Positions 62,601 through 64,000 of a DNA stretch of 64,000 nt are shown here, in pieces. Each line of letters starts with the position of its first letter. The first letter of the stretch is position 1. Source of the DNA: Eledone cirrhosa (taxonomy: Eukaryota); the NCBI GenBank assembly GCA_964016885.1, contig OZ024742.1, forward strand, positions 252,712,001-252,776,000, written 5' to 3'. The notes beneath the pieces are model-generated. The model worked only from the letters and a program-made list of their open reading frames with translations, was not told the origin of the DNA and did not search any database. The position numbers and the translations under genes were made by a program.

Positions 62601-63608
62601 GTTGAATAGATACTGATTCTACACTTTTCTTGCTATTCCTCAGAAGGTCAAAAGTCATGGACAAAAATATGACTATTAATTAAAAAATATTAAGTATAAA
62701 GTAAGGCAGTGAATTTGCAGATCATTAGAATGATGGATAGAATGCTTTGCAGTATTTGTTTCGGGTCTCTTTTCATTGAATTTAAATACAGCCCAGCCCA
62801 GTTCAATATTGCTTTAATTCATTTGAGGTCAGTAAATAAGTACCAATCTATTTCTGATTTTCATTCTTCCTCACTCTCTCTGGAGAATATTGGCTGTGTT
62901 TAGACTTGGAGTCAGATGGACTCTGCAAGGTTTAAAATATTTGAATGGCATCTCTAGGACTCCATCAGGAGTTCTGGATCCATGGAAGGATAGATGAATT
63001 AAATATAATGATTTTCTTTCAGTATAATAATAATTTCCTTTATATTCCAGTGCTATAATGACATAAATAATACACACACTAGAAGAACCAAACCAAGCCA
63101 AGCCTGATAACTCTTGTTGCAGTAATAGATTTGTTCTCTTTTCGATAATGTTTATTAAAGATTTTATTTCCTCTTTTTCAATCTCTAATGTTCTTTCTTA
63201 ATATTTTTACAAGTTAGAATATTATTTTTCAAGAAATGTTTGATAGTTTTACATTAGTTAAAATAAAATATCCTCAATCCTGCATGAAATGTTGTCAGAT
63301 ATTTAAGTGAGTTTTAAAACTCTTTGCCTTTAGCTATCATAAAGATTATATTTAATAATTCAGTTTCATTGTTTTACACATTTACAATTTCTATTCCCGT
63401 TTGTTTTATAAAATATTCCAACAGTTTTCAGACTGCACTTTTCCTGTATTGCCTGTCATGCTATGGCATTGTTTCCCAAACTTTGTGCCACAGCACACTG
63501 GAGTACCATAAGCAGGATTTTGTTTTAAAATGTGAGAAATATAAATTGAAACTTGCAATAAAGTTCATATATAACTGTCAAGTGAAATTATTGCCAAAAA
63601 GATAAAGA

Positions 63609-64000
63609 TATGCACATTTCTCATTAATAACTTTGATCCATTTGTTGATTAAAAAAGGAAGTACACCAGGGTGACGGTTCATACAAGCAGGTCTAGGAGC
63701 AATTTCATACATTTTTGGGTAAAAACAAATCTCCTTTCAAAGCCAGTATACAAAACTGGGTGAAAAAGTTTGAGATCTATGGGACAGTGAAAAACCTCAA
63801 TACAATGTCTGAAGACTCTGCTACCCTTACTAGATGACTCGGGAAGTGTACTCAGGAAATAATTGATATGATCCAAGAGTCTGTTGAGTAGAGCCCAAAA
63901 CGATCCTTGTGCAGAAGCCAATGCTTAGGTCTCTCCATAGAAATTTGCAGAAGGCTTGTCAAAGAGAATCTTAAGGAATATCCCTACAGAATACAGACTA
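63609..64000 (+). pseudogene. Tc1/mariner transposase N-terminal HTH remnant (runs off the window)
   Basis: Manual translation: SYKQV*EQF..SIQNWVKKFEIYGTV..ESVE*SPKRS..LGLS..RRLVKENLKEYPYRIQ. Confidence 0.75.

Overview
AT-rich, repeat-saturated eukaryotic (animal) DNA with no confidently identifiable host gene; it is probably intergenic or intronic. The SINE and microsatellite make-up resembles an octopod cephalopod genome, which is an inference and not verified. Nearly all long ORFs are either microsatellite artefacts or decayed retrotransposons. The retroelements are several Penelope-like elements (PLEs; Neptune-like, Naiad-like and Penelope/Poseidon-like; clade labels are motif-based), RTE LINEs (one with three C-terminal C2H2 fingers), Tx1/L1-clade LINEs, R4/Dong-type and CRE-type RLE elements, and two or three SINE families. 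DNA transposons are represented by piggyBac-type and Tc1/mariner MITEs and a mariner transposase remnant. The most striking signal is about a dozen type I hammerhead-ribozyme folds in PLE terminal repeats. Several have non-canonical cores that recur in both copies of their element (UUGACAA with a compensatory U3-A8 pair, CAGAAGA, CAGUUGA), and one has a ~115-nt hairpin as stem II. Other notable items are a PHD-finger CRE element whose RT has been swapped for a Tx1 fragment at microhomologies, a 57-58 bp minisatellite built from X-box, E-box, TALE and homeobox motifs, and a ~320 bp palindrome.
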